Positions 38,527 to 52,215 of a stretch of 64,000 bases of DNA are shown here, piece by piece. Source of the stretch: Octopus bimaculoides (Eukaryota). The position numbers were made by a program, and so were the translations under genes. The notes beneath the pieces are model-generated. The model was given only the letters and a program-made list of their open reading frames with translations. It searched no databases and was not told where the DNA came from. Each line of letters begins with the position of its first letter. Position 1 is the stretch's first letter. The stretch spans positions 39,378,336-39,442,335 of the forward strand of contig NC_069001.1 of NCBI RefSeq assembly GCF_001194135.2. Reading direction: 5' to 3'.

Positions 38527-39555
38527 CTTTAAGTTTTGATCTTCAAGTCCTATCAATGTTCTCATTTCATTTTCCATCCTTACAAGTCGAAAGACTTGTT
38601 AATTTTACTGAAATTATTTCAGCTAGCACCCACCTCTATTTATAGAATTGAAATGTCTGAAGCCAATTTTCTATATTTCAGTTTCAAATCCTAGTGATGT
38701 GAATAAGATACAATATCAGTCATATACTGGCGACCAGTTTTCTATGGCAATTTTCCCACCAAGTTTCAGACATATCCCAATGTTAGAAATCCCCTTTGTT
38801 GCTGTAACTCATTGTAAACTGACACCCGTATCTGAATTCTGCAGAGAAAGTCATTTTTATTGCGATTATCTCGGGTTCAAACTGGCGCACGTATCTCCTG
38901 TCGACCTCGGGCTTACGGAAGTTGTTTTAATGGAAGTCACCTAACAAAATCTGTAGAAGATATTCCAAAGCAATGTTCTTATTTTTGGCTGGTAATTTAT
39001 TTCTACCTGTAACTCAGTTTAACATAACACCTTGGTCTGTGGCTAAGTAGAATACACTTCCAACTGTTACAGTTTACTGAATAAGCTTTTCAGTTAAGGG
39101 TAACGTCTTCTACCTCTCATCACGCCAGTCTTGTAAGCTCTGGAAAGTATCAACACGCTGCTCCTCCCACTTAGGACTTAGTCAAAGACATTTCTGTGGG
39201 GGTTTTTTTTATGAGTTCAGTATGTGGGAATTTCAATTCTGCAAATATTAAAATTCTTCGAATTAAAATTCTTCGACTGACATACTTAGACTGGAGTGAC
39301 TGAAAATTGAAATCACTCATCTTCTAATCGAAACATGCATACGCACCCAAACACACGTACGCATCACGCACACGCGCACACAGAAATTTACTTGTCTATG
39401 TCTAAATACGTATGTGTGTGTATGTATGTGTGTGTGTGTGCTGATACAGACCAAATATATTAGAATAAATGACGATATACCCGTCATGTTTTATACACCT
39501 ACAACGAAAGCCTTTAAGTTTTGATCTTCAAGTCCTATCAATGTTCTCATTTCAT
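38527..39555. repeat. 44-bp exact direct repeat pair, 985 bp apart
   Basis: CTTTAAGTTTTGATCTTCAAGTCCTATCAATGTTCTCATTTCAT at 38527-38570 and 39512-39555. Confidence 0.95.
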
Positions 39556-39893
39556 CTTCAGTCTTTACAATTTGAAGTTGATTCCTTACTATGACGTTAA
39601 AGATATTCGTACAAATAAGTTAGCTTTGGCAAATTCCTGCATTAAGATTTTATGAACGTAGTGGAGAATATTTTTATAATTTGGCAAATTTCGAGTGTAA
39701 TTTCTTCCCATCACAACGAGATTTCTTTTTCTTTCATTTCTATACAAAACCTCATTCGTTACGTTCTGCCAGACGACTGTTCGTTACTTTGAATAACAAA
39801 TGGAAGTGCATACACTCACACGTTTATTATTTCTGAGTAAAATAAAAATAAACAAAATTAATTATAGATAAGTATTAAAAATATATAACACGA

Positions 39894-39895
<2 letters not shown>

Positions 39896-39946
<51 letters not shown>
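39896..39946. repeat. (TA)n microsatellite
   Basis: Directly visible; representative of many (TA)n runs in the window. Confidence 0.97.
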
Positions 39947-39952
<6 letters not shown>

Positions 39953-41070
39953 CATACATACAACGTATGTACATACACGCGCGCTCACATACATGCATAC
40001 ACACACACACACCTGTGTGTGTTTGCGTACGAATATTTTTCTCTGTCCCTCTCTGAGTGGGTGCGTGTCTGCGATCGTGTGTGCCCTGTGTCAGTAAGAA
40101 TTAGTTCCTCTGCAATATGTAAGGAAACATAAAGCTGTTTCCCATCCATTTAATATGATCGATCTCTGAACATGTAACAATAAATAATAGAGAACTAATC
40201 AAACTGAAATGTACATGGCTTGAACAATAAATTTTCAGTATTGATTCCTATAACGATCGATTTTTTTTGTAAATAAAAAGCTGTGCAGAGAAGAAGAAAA
40301 TAACTCTGACATATAAAGAAAAAACTGACATGTGATCGCGCGTAAATCTGGGCCACGCACGCACACACGCACACGCACACACACACACTCTCTCTCACCC
40401 TCTCTTTCTCTCTCTCAACCCTTTTGTGTGTGTGCGTGTTATAGAAAATGCAGTTGGCCTCCAGGTTAATGGCTCTTTCAAATATTGTTTATATCTAAAC
40501 ATTGTTTGACTGCTTTATTTGAAATACTTAGGTTTTAAGAACGCATTTTGTAGGAGAATGAATCACTTTATAACCGGAAAAATTATAAATACAAGTAAGC
40601 AATCGGGATAATTGTGAAACCCTAAATGTAATTTACTCCACAAAAGTATCGAAATATTAATTATAGAATATTCAAAAGTAAAATACAGATTGAAAATCAA
40701 TCAGTCTTTCCTGAATATATATATATTAAACTAAAGTACCGGAGTTAATCGATAAACTATTGTAAAGCTGGCAATTCGCAAACGACAACATTCTGATGAT
40801 CTCTCGTTGCCTAATGCAACAAGCAACACAACATTAGTCTAATCGTATCAGTCAAAATGATGTAACTGAGAAGGTCATAAATCATAAATTGACATAGGAA
40901 TGTTATTGTTGGACAATACTCATCAAGGCCTAAAAATGGATTATGATGAATCTTTAATGGAAAATCATTGAACACTCTCATAGCTGCGTCTTCTTCAGTA
41001 CAGCGTGGCCAAAGGAAAAGAGTTCTAACAGCGATGTATAATAATATGCGATTGTCTGGTCGATCACGAT

Positions 41071-41104
<34 letters not shown>

Positions 41105-41105
<1 letters not shown>

Positions 41106-41412
41106 TGTGATCGACCAGATAATCCGGTATTGTTACACATCGTTGGTCTCAATCACCGTTTTGTTTTTGCATCGTTTTTAGATTTCGGATGACGCCACAG
41201 CGCTGGCTAGGCGAGCAGGCCAACAATGCCCCCCTCCCCCCTGATCGGAAAGCTATGCAGTCACAGGGTGATCCATTTACAGCTGAATGGACTGGAGCAG
41301 CGTGAAATAGAGTTTTTCACAAGAACACAACGCGCCCCCTGGTTCGGGTATCGAACCTACGATCTAGCGAAGCGATCGTTAGCGCAACATCCTAAACCCT
41401 ACATCTCGCACC
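41105..41412 (-). mobile_element. Family D-related SINE (tRNA head plus CORE-like domain)
   Basis: Minus strand AGGTTCGATACCC B-box, then GCGCGTTGTGTTCTTGTGAAAAACTCTATTTCACGCTGCTCCAGTCCATTCAGCTG; tail ends TCTGGTCGATCAC. Confidence 0.8.
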
Positions 41413-41413
41413 T

Positions 41414-41462
<49 letters not shown>

Positions 41463-42267
41463 AGTGGTGGTGGGATGTATATGTCGTTTTCCATCATCAA
41501 TCCTTTCGTATATTTGTTTATTCACATGTTCTGTCATATATGGTGTTCAGTCTTTAGCCCCGAGACAGAAGCTGTGGCCTTAGACATGTCACCCCCAACT
41601 CTTTCTCTCTTTGAAATACACAGTGACACGCACAAACCATTCGCTTTCGAACACACACATACATATACATCCATATACACGTACACACGTGTGTGTGTGT
41701 CTTAGAAATATTTTATAATTCGAAAAAAAAACAAAAAAACAATGAAGCTTCTTTTACATAATATTTGCTCTGTTATACATATTCAAAAGTGGAATCTTTA
41801 TATTTTATATTCAATGACCCCAAAAAGAAATAAACACACGCGCCAAGGTTGTAGGTATGTATGTGTATGTTTATATATGTTTGTGCATATTTATGCAATA
41901 TATGCATTTATATTCGCATATGGTTACTAATGCATCCTAATATATTAGATGTTTTATTCATCATCGCTGCAATAAGTAATATGCCAAGCAGACTACGTAG
42001 TACATGTCTGAATAAGACATTAAGGCAGTTGTTGTCTAGAATTGAGAAAGAAATTCCAGTGATTTGTTGAAGAAATAATTCTAGCCTTTTGTCTTTCTTC
42101 CTCCCCACTTCATTCAGTCGTAACTACATCGATTACTGCAGACTGGAAATCTACTGAAATCGGGATAGATGTATGCGCCTGTGTATGTATTATATATGAT
42201 GAATTTATGTCATGAAATTCCATGAATCCCATCAATTTTATTAAAAATGGAAACAAGTATGAAACAA

Positions 42268-42308
<41 letters not shown>

Positions 42309-42371
42309 CACGCACCTGTGTGTGCGTGTGTACACATGCATAAATATGTACGAATTAAAAACCATGCATAG

Positions 42372-42416
<45 letters not shown>

Positions 42417-45400
42417 ATTTGCTTCTCTATATATAAATATATATTTTACATATGTGTATCTACGAGTACAAGTACTTTTTGTGTGTATATTGAAAGATAA
42501 TGATGTGTAGCCATAACTGATTATAATCATTGTAGAAAAATTAAGCAATAATTCTACGTTCTCCAAACGAGCATTATTAGAGTTGATTCTTGAAGATTGA
42601 TTACGGCTTACCGATTTCTAGTAATATCTTGAATCAATGGAAAAGTGCGAAGGAATTATGGCAATGCTTTGTTTAATTATTCCTTAACGGACTCTTTCAA
42701 AATGCTATCAATGTGAAGTGGATCTTCAACAATTTAATGCCTGGAATCGACCAATTGTTGTAATACTCGAGATAAGTCAATACTTGCCTTCGTCATCCGC
42801 TTCTACTTCACACTACATCCTCTGTGTCCTCTCTTTGCCAATTCTACTGCTACTACATTTGCTTCCACTTTTTTCAGGTTTCCCAACCAACTTGTTTATC
42901 CGTTTCCCCGCTTTCTACACCTAGTGAATCCACTCGACCCAGTCCTTCCTTCCTTCCTTTCTGAAATATCTCCCTTCCCACGTTTCCCTCTGCAGTTGTC
43001 GATTTACCGTTGTTCAAAACGAACATTGACTCCATCGTTCTCAAAGTATTCAACGACTTGGATACTCCGAGTACAATTCCTTTCTCAAAACCAAATCAAG
43101 AAAGGACGTTGATGGTTCTTCAGTTAAAATAAAATCATAAGAATCGACAAACTCCTTTAACATTCCAATTAAACCAATATTTGTTTCCTTTCTTTCTTTC
43201 TACTTGTCATTTCTGAAGTTTCTGTAAAACTTTCCTCATCCAGTCTGTCAAGATTCTTCTGCCAATCGTTGTTGAATATTCACTCGCTTCAAACTTATAT
43301 CACGTTCACTGAGTTTAAGTCGATAGATTTCTTGTTATTAAATATCAACAAAATATTAATGTTAGAGAAAAAAACATTTTTAAATAACAATGCAAAACGC
43401 ATTTCCAATATCGAACTAAAAACTAAAAAATTTTTTTCAGAAACTCCAAGTCCTATCACATTGAAATATAAACCTATGTCCATCCATGCTATGATATACT
43501 GTAACAGCTCAACCCTTTTATTCTCCGATATATTTGAAATTAGCTTCTTTTGCTATTTCTATTGATTTAACAATCAAAAGAAAACTATTGATTAAAATGA
43601 TTTTCTCTTACGACTGCGATCTTAAAGAATATACAGTAAACCATGGATAAATATCCACCCGGAGAAATATGTAAAATGAAGTAGAGTTTGAAATAAAACC
43701 ATGATCTCGTTTCAAGTTCCAATATATAACATTTCTTTCCAATGGTATTATGGTGAAAAGTTATACCTCTTGGTGCGCGTTTGTATTTCATATCAGACAC
43801 ATAACAGCATTCAGGTCTCTTTGAAAAATAACTGTTTGCAAAGCAGTCTTTTCCCGTTAGTCCCTATAACACGTTCTATCAAGGTAACATATGGTGCAAA
43901 TACATGTACAATCTTAGTCAAGTAAAATAAATTCTATAGGACAGTAACACATAGTGGAATAACATTAACATAACAGCGGAAACATTTTATTCACCTGGAT
44001 TACTTCCCTCGTCCGCTGAATGTCGGATATTCATGAGATTTCCACATCTTATATCTCATATATCTCAGTCGACGCTGAGAATTTATTACGTAATCTATTT
44101 TCATGGTATATCATGATTCTGGAAGCACCACGAGCATGCTCCGTTTATACACACGCACATAAGGCCTGGGTCGGAGCGTAAAGTCTCATAGCCATGATAC
44201 TACGGTATAAGACGTTCATTATTGATAATGTTTCTGCTTTGATATTTTGATCGGAACCAAATGTAGTTTCCAGATATTGTATCTAACTGAGGTACAACTT
44301 TAATTCTTTTTGATGCCATCGATGTTTGAGTTTATGTTGGAACAGTTACTTTGATTTCTTTGAATTTTGTGGGGAAAAGAAGATTCAACCCATCACCCAG
44401 TTAAACTTCACCATTTGGTTTTTGGATACCTTTTAATGCAATTCACTCTGTTTCGAGAAGGGTGACCAAATTAAAAAGTCACCCGGTCTAACTGCATCAC
44501 CTGCTCCTTGTGTACTTTAGCAAATTGTTTCTATTGCTAACAGTTGGAACCAGGTGACTTGTCTCGAGTTGATTTACTTGCTGCATTATCAGAATACATG
44601 GTAATAGGGCCTTATGTGCTGCCCTTCCTTCTGTGATCCACCTCTGAAACGAAAGATCTTACACATATAAGGTGGAGGAGATAATATTAATGGGATCGGA
44701 TCGTGTCTTTTTAACGCCCTGATGACAAATACTGGGGGCTTTCTACAGTAAATAGAAACAAACTTTTGGTGTTGATTATCAGCGAGAAATGCTTACGAAA
44801 GTTGTCATATCTTCTAATCAAATATATTAAATTCCTTGTTACCTAACCAAAAGAAATCGATATTTTGGTGCAGGAAAATACAATTATCTTAAATCATTTT
44901 ACATATCTTTTCTAAAATCTAAAATATAATTTGCTTTAATTCAAGAAGAGAGCGGGATGGACCTCGTAAATAGAACTTACGAAATAAATAAAGTAAAGCG
45001 AGGAAATAAGAAGATAATTATTTTCGAAATAAATATTTGAGGAATTAGAGAAATGAATTTTCTGAATGTTATGTCTTCCTTTTTGATTGTTGCCGTATAG
45101 ATGACTAATTTTATTGACTTCCTCTTCTCGGAATTTCTCTTCTATATTCACTGCTGTCACCATCTTCACACAGCAGAGGACAGCAAAATTAAATCAATAT
45201 AATTTATTTTGTTTTGTATCTTTTTAATTTTATGTTTTTGACAGAAATAATAAATCCTGTAATGAAATATTAGATGAAATAATATAAATAAAATATTTTC
45301 TGAAAACTCGAGTGTTTAGACATAGCAGTAGATGCTGGAATTGATGTGGAAGTATTCATTGACATATCAGCACCAAAACCAATCTCGGTAGAATTTCAGA

Positions 45401-48400
45401 AATAAAACCATTTCTGAAGAAACTATTGATGAATGAGATATTCCAACTTAATCCTTCGACTTCCATACATTTCTAAACAATACCAACAACATGGAAACAT
45501 TTTCATTTTCCTGGTATCAGTTTCTGGTCTGAGGAAATACCATTGGCCTTGACACTACTCGGTGCCTTTTTAGACTCTTTAAATTCTCGTCGATGTTTCC
45601 ATTAAACGGCTGAAAAAAAATCAACGATTTTGGGAAGAAAAGAGACGGGAAAAGAATTCTAGTGAGGAGACGGTGCTGAATAGAATATAGCTGAGAGAGG
45701 GATAAGAAATAGATGTGTCGGGTGTATTTAAATGTAGGTGAGAGGAAAGCAGACATCTCTGAGTAGTAGACGACATTACAGTAGTTAAAACAAAGAGAAG
45801 ACACAGTAGATGTGTAATTGGCCACAAATTCGAGTATGTTGCTGAGTATTCATGCAACACGCTGTTGTAATAAAGTCGGATGTCAGAATCATGTGATTTT
45901 TATAAAGAATTTTTATTTGAGAAAGACTAGGCGATCACAGCCGGAATGAGTATATTTTTATTTGATCGGAGAAATACCAGATAATCGATAATATTTCCTT
46001 TTTGACATCTTCAGTACATCTACATTTAATTAAATTTATAAATAACCTAAAAATAATCCCTAAATCCATTAATCCTGACTTTTTTTTCCAATTGTTTGTT
46101 CTTAATTTCCATTGTTTAAAAGATAACATTGTATTACTCAATTCCTCAATTTAACGTTTATCGCTTCGACTCCACCATAGACATATAACAATGTTGTCAT
46201 TCACGACACGATATCGACTGCTTATCTACTCGACCAAGCCAAAATATTTCTTCTTTATTAATTTGCCTGTAGCTGTTTCTAAACAATCAATTCCACGCCA
46301 CTTCAATAGAACCATCTTACACTTCTGCATTACACATACACTTACGATTTACTGGAACGCTACACTTGCAAAGTGCACTGAGACGAGCAACTTGCAAGTG
46401 TGAACTAATTCCATAAAGTGCATGCATTGTTAGACCTCGAAATCAAATATCGAGGAAACCACGCCCCACGGTGTTCAAGAATGGTTAAAGACTTACATGA
46501 GGATTTATTTAAGTGGTGAGGAATTGACGAAACTAAGAACAGCTGTCGACAAGAGAAAGTTTAACAATGAGAACTTCTGACTTGTCAATACTGATATGTT
46601 TTATTTGATCACGCTGCCAACATTGTGTAGCATGACAATTTTTTAATGTCTAACTAGGGGACAATGAACGGCAAATTGGATTACTAACTATTTATAGATC
46701 AATAAAAGCATTCTTAAGAGTAAAGCAATTTGTAAACCAGACCCAAGGTCAATGTCTTTGGAAAGGTGACTTATTTTGAGGTCGTTGTTGGTTTATAAAT
46801 CTAATGAAATATAAATGTTCTGTAGATGTGATGTATTCAGTGGTCTCATTCTAGAGTAAATAGAATTATTATAAATGCAACGTTAGATAAAAAAAAATTA
46901 AAAATAACCTACAAGAGTTGGATTTGATCCCAAGTCTGCTCGTTCTGGGTTGTTTTGGAGCTCAGCGAACGTGTAATTTATAGTTTTAACATGCATAGAC
47001 ACTAGCTCCTAGACTGTAACTTCATACATACACCTTGCACATACACCTATACCGTTAATTCACACACAGACCATAGACTTTTACGTAGACTTTAACCATG
47101 GATTACGATCACATTCAGCGATTTTCTTTTACGAATCAATGAAACACCACTAGGTGACACGCTGACCCGCTAGAAATATCAGCTAACATTTCCTCTATTA
47201 CATAAATGTAAAACTTAAAAATGTAATTGTATTCAGTCAACTATATTCCACATGTGACCACCAACACTTGCTAAAACGATGTAGTATTATATTATCTAAA
47301 GTAATCTTTAGTGTCTTAAAATTTTAATGATATTAGATTTTGGCTGCTATCACTAGCGGGTCAAGAAGTCAGATAGTCTTCAGCCTTGTTTTAGAAACAG
47401 ATGGTAACGCCTTCTGATTAAAGTGAACAAAATTATAGGAAACTGATAATAATTCGGAATTAATCGAAAAATATTTGAGCGACTTCGTTTTCCGACAAAC
47501 AATTACGATCTCTAATTTTAGAGGAAGGAACAATCGGTTTTGCTGCATAATTAAGTACTTTAATTAGGCTCTCAGATAGAAGCTTTATATTATCTTAATC
47601 ACAATCATAATTGCCACCGTTAAGTGTAATGACCTAATTTTAAAATGTTCAATTTGTATTACTAGGCCAAAACATTTATAAATATTTGTGCGACAGATGG
47701 TACCGCAAAATCAATATCGGTCCATCGTTATCTTTATAATACACACACACACACACACACACACATCTACATTGTATGAGTTTATCAAGGGACTATATAA
47801 TGGGCGTGTAACATGCGGGATATACACACACTGAGAAATGATCAATTATTCTTCTTATCCAGGTTCTGTCCTTGCAATAGTCGTTAGTCATTTTTAAATC
47901 AAATAAAAGATTCTCAGAATCCAACATTCAAGTCAGGTTCCAGTTGTATTATGGATAGACATTACCTAAAATTTGAATATTTATTTCTCTGTAATATTTA
48001 TGGCAGAGCGATAGGTTTAAAATAGTGTCACATTCTGTGAGAACAGCCACCATGCCGCTCTAGTGTGTGTGTGTATATATAATCTCTCACCCTTACTATC
48101 TACGGGTCTGGCCTCATATTCATCTATCTACCTGTATTTTTAATAATGAAAAAGATCATGTGGTTACCTTTATTTAGTTACGTTTCAAATTTACATGTAG
48201 CAAATTCGAAGAAGAAACTATACCTACATTTCGTTTACATAGATTTAAATTCAACATTGCACTGAAGAAGTCAACTTCAGATTGAAACATGTGTATGTGA
48301 GTAGAATTGTATGAATTTTATTAACTCCAGCAAATATATGAGAAATAAATATGAAAGGACTGTTGAATTTTAATTATTATTACTGCAAAGTGAATGAACG

Positions 48401-48949
48401 GGGAATAGAGTTTATCGCCCATGGCTACACTATAACGGATGTACCAATCAGGGGATGCCGTGTGTGTATATATATAGTGTATGTGTACACATATCTCTTC
48501 TGTCTCAAATATTAAAAATATTTCAGAATTGAAATGGTAATTCCTCAGGCGACAGACATTTCCTTCCATTTCCAGAGACAGTGAAAGGTTATTACAGGCA
48601 AAGAAATGATTCATCTAATTGAGTGAAATCGAAGAATTCTGATCTTTCAGTGATCATATTGGAATATAATTATCGTAAATACATAAACATATTTTCAAAT
48701 ATTCTTCTTGAGGTACTTTTTAGGGGTGGGTTACTGGCAGCAAGACCCATTTATGTTGTAACTATTAGCAACCTAATTATAAAGCTGTCCACTGCTTTCT
48801 CTACATCAAAAGTTTCTTTATTCAAAGTTTAACCTCTCTCTACTGATTCCTCCGGGCACATTTTATATTAAAATGTTCAAAATGAGGTAAGTAACGTCTG
48901 GTGTGTGTGTGATTATACAGACACATATGTGTCTGTATATATGTATGTA

Positions 48950-48981
<32 letters not shown>

Positions 48982-50821
48982 NNNNNNNNNNNNNNNNNNN
49001 NNNNNNNNNNNNNNNNNNNNNNNNNNNNNNNNNNNNNNNNNNNNNNNNNNNNNNNNNNNNNNNNNNNNNNNNNNNNNNNNNNNNNNNNNNNNNNNNNNNN
49101 NNNNNNNNNNNNNNNNNNNNNNNNNNNNNNNNNNNNNNNNNNNNNNNNNNNNNNNNNNNNNNNNNNNNNNNNNNNNNNNNNNNNNNNNNNNNNNNNNNNN
49201 NNNNNNNNNNNNNNNNNNNNNNNNNNNNNNNNNNNNNNNNNNNNNNNNNNNNNNNNNNNNNNNNNNNNNNNNNNNNNNNNNNNNNNNNNNNNNNNNNNNN
49301 NNNNNNNNNNNNNNNNNNNNNNNNNNNNNNNNNNNNNNNNNNNNNNNNNNNNNNNNNNNNNNNNNNNNNNNNNNNNNNNNNNNNNNNNNNNNNNNNNNNN
49401 NNNNNNNNNNNNNNNNNNNNNNNNNNNNNNNNNNNNNNNNNNNNNNNNNNNNNNNNNNNNNNNNNNNNNNNNNNNNNNNNNNNNNNNNNNNNNNNNNNNN
49501 NNNNNNNNNNNNNNNNNNNNNNNNNNNNNNNNNNNNNNNNNNNNNNNNNNNNNNNNNNNNNNNNNNNNNNNNNNNNNNNNNNNNNNNNNNNNNNNNNNNN
49601 NNNNNNNNNNNNNNNNNNNNNNNNNNNNNNNNNNNNNNNNNNNNNNNNNNNNNNNNNNNNNNNNNNNNNNNNNNNNNNNNNNNNNNNNATATATATATAT
49701 ATATATATAATCAATGCGGAAAGATCAATATATCAATCTTTTTAATCAGTTATATGAAACATTTTTTTTTATTTTTCAATCAATTTGTTTTTCGGTTTTG
49801 TTCTGAAATCCGACCCTGGTGAGAACTGGTGAGATTATAATCTGATAAAACGAGGCTCCTCTCATGGAGGTCGTATCCGTCTTCATTGTTTTATCAAACT
49901 ATTCTCTGATTGATTATTCAAAGTATGTTCCATTGTGTCGATGTAAATATTTAGCAAGAGAATGGAACCTCATACCAAGTGAGACACTCGAGAAAATACT
50001 GGACAGACCAGCTGCTTTTTCATTAGTTTAATTCCCATCTACTATTTCTAGATTTGGACAATGAATATGTAGCAAATTATGTCCCTCCCGCCTCTTTCCC
50101 AACCATCATCTCTTTCTCTCTTGTTATGCCTCACATTCTCTCTCTCTTCTCGCTCACACCTTGTTGAGCAACCCCTCCCTCTCTCTACTTGCTGTTGGTA
50201 AAGGAAAGAAAAATACCTCTTCTGAATGATCGCGCCATGGCATATAATGCAAGTAAGCTGAAGGCCTTGCCGATCGATCAGGATCAGAGACAAACAGACA
50301 TAGTTTAACAGTACACAACACACACACATCAACACAAGGCCTGTTGTTTTTTTTTTTTCATCCAATGTCTATATTAATGCTAGGTCAAACGATAAAAGTT
50401 TGCTGCTTAAGTAATTTTACGCAATAATATAACAGACAGTGTAAAAATATTCCGTAATTCTCGCACAACAATTTCTAATAATATGTTCCACAGCAAACAG
50501 ATCGATTTCTGTTCTGTGGAATGGCGTATGTAAGCCTGTTAAATACAATTGTATTAATTAATCTCTTTAAATGGAGAATAGTTACCGCCAGATGGCCAAA
50601 GTTCTCGGCTTTTCTCCTCTTATACATAACAATAGTTAGGCAATGTTTACAATGTGGATGGCTGCCAATAATGAGGAACTGTTTTGGCAATATTTGCTCC
50701 AGCTGGGCTATAATTGTGGATCAGGTCAGACGCCTATGAAAGGTTATAAACAAATTTGATAATGAACATAACAGTTAAATTACGTTTGAAAGGGGGTGTA
50801 TGTGCGTGTATGTATCTCTCT

Positions 50822-50852
<31 letters not shown>

Positions 50853-51633
50853 AAATATATATATATAAGGATTTACTTTTCGTAATGAGATAAAAAAATA
50901 ACCAAGGCTGTGTACATTATAGAACATTTATAGATAGGTCTTACAGCTGTTTCCAGGACATTTTGTTTTCGTTGACTTTAAATGGCCTGGCACATGGGAG
51001 AAAAGAAAAGTTTCTTAGTGGTCCAGGGAAATGTCCTGATGAGTTTCCTAACGAAACAGATCAATTTTCGAACATGACTATTGATAGACAATTAGTATTT
51101 AAACAATGAATTATTCATATTTGAATTAATATTTAATTGCAACGCAATATATAAAGCAATTTTTACGGGGAGCTTGTAAACCGTTGCTCGATCACAGTGT
51201 CTCTCCAAGTCTTCCATGTTCTGGACGAACCCTGGTAATCTCAGACCCAGATTAAATTCTTTGCCTCTTATCCATTCTTTGCAATTTTTGTCGTCCATTA
51301 TTTCGTTTCCGAGTAATCCGATCAATATCACTTTCTGGTTGTTTCTTCTCAACAGTTGTCAACATTTTACATGTCTGTCTGTCTGTCTGTCTTATGACCA
51401 TCCTAAAGTGGCAACCTGTTCGTATTGTCACATCAGAGGAAAATGCTTTGCAGTTTATCTTTCAGCTCTTCACGTTCCCAGTACAAAACCGACGAGGTCA
51501 CCTTGACGTTTTATCCGTTCCGAGTTGATAATAATATAAAGTACCAGTTATATATCCTGACCGGTGGTATTTGACTAATCCCCTCTTTGTACCGAAATCA
51601 TAAACTATTGTTATTGCTGTTGTTGCCATTCGA

Positions 51634-51664
<31 letters not shown>

Positions 51665-51679
51665 CGTTTTAATAAAATA

Positions 51680-52215
51680 GGTCGTCGAGTTGGCAGAATC
51701 GTTAGCTCGTCGGATAAAATGCTTTGAGGCATTTCGTCCGTCTTTATGCTCTGAGTTAAAATTCCGCCGAAGTTGCCTTTACCATTCATCCTTTCGGCAT
51801 CGATGAAATAAATACCAGCTGAGCACTGGGGTCGATGGAACCGACAAGCCGCCTTCCCCTAAATTTCAAGGCCTTGCCTTTAGTAAAAAGTTTTATTATT
51901 ATTCTTTCCCCACAAATTGCAGGCCTTGTGCCTATAGTAGAAAAGATTATTATTATTATTATTATTATTATGAAGGCGGTGAGCTGGCAGAATCGTTAGC
52001 ACGCCGGACAGAATGCTTACTGGCATTTCGTCCGTCTTTACGTTCTCGGTTCAAATTCCGCCGAGGCCGACTTTGCCTTTCATTTTTCGGGGTCGATAAA
52101 TTAAGTACCAGTGAAACACTGGGGTCGATGTAATTGACTAGTCCCCTCCCCACAAATTTGAGGCTTTGTGCCTCCAGTAGAAACGATTATTGTTATTGTT
52201 GTTGTTGTTGTTGGT
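51680..52215 (+). mobile_element. Head-to-tail cluster of SINE family A (full 51680-51895, 3' fragment 51907-51945, full 51975-52185) joined by (ATT)n tails
   Basis: Two full heads with A-box-like TGGCAGAATCG and B-box-like G(T/G)TTAAAATTCC/GTTCAAATTCC; three 3' ends AAATT..AGGC.TTG..CCT..AGTA.AAA each followed by ATT or GTT repeats. Confidence 0.92.

Noticed and set aside
40794-40869. Possible C/D-box snoRNA (TGATGA...CTGA with TTC/GAA stem)
   Set aside because: The C box lacks its purine, the stem is only 3 bp, and I cannot match the guide to any rRNA or snRNA; a snoscan search would be needed.
42730-43260. Pyrimidine-rich block suggestive of a LINE ORF1/ORF2 junction
   Set aside because: No diagnostic endonuclease or RT motif could be read.
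46460-46580. Possible second maT-like fragment (VQEWLKTY...SGEE)
   Set aside because: Resemblance is limited to ~15 residues, with no SPDLNP motif or TIR.
51092-51352. 86-aa protein-like minus-strand ORF
   Set aside because: No ATG start, no convincing splice sites and no recognisable domain.
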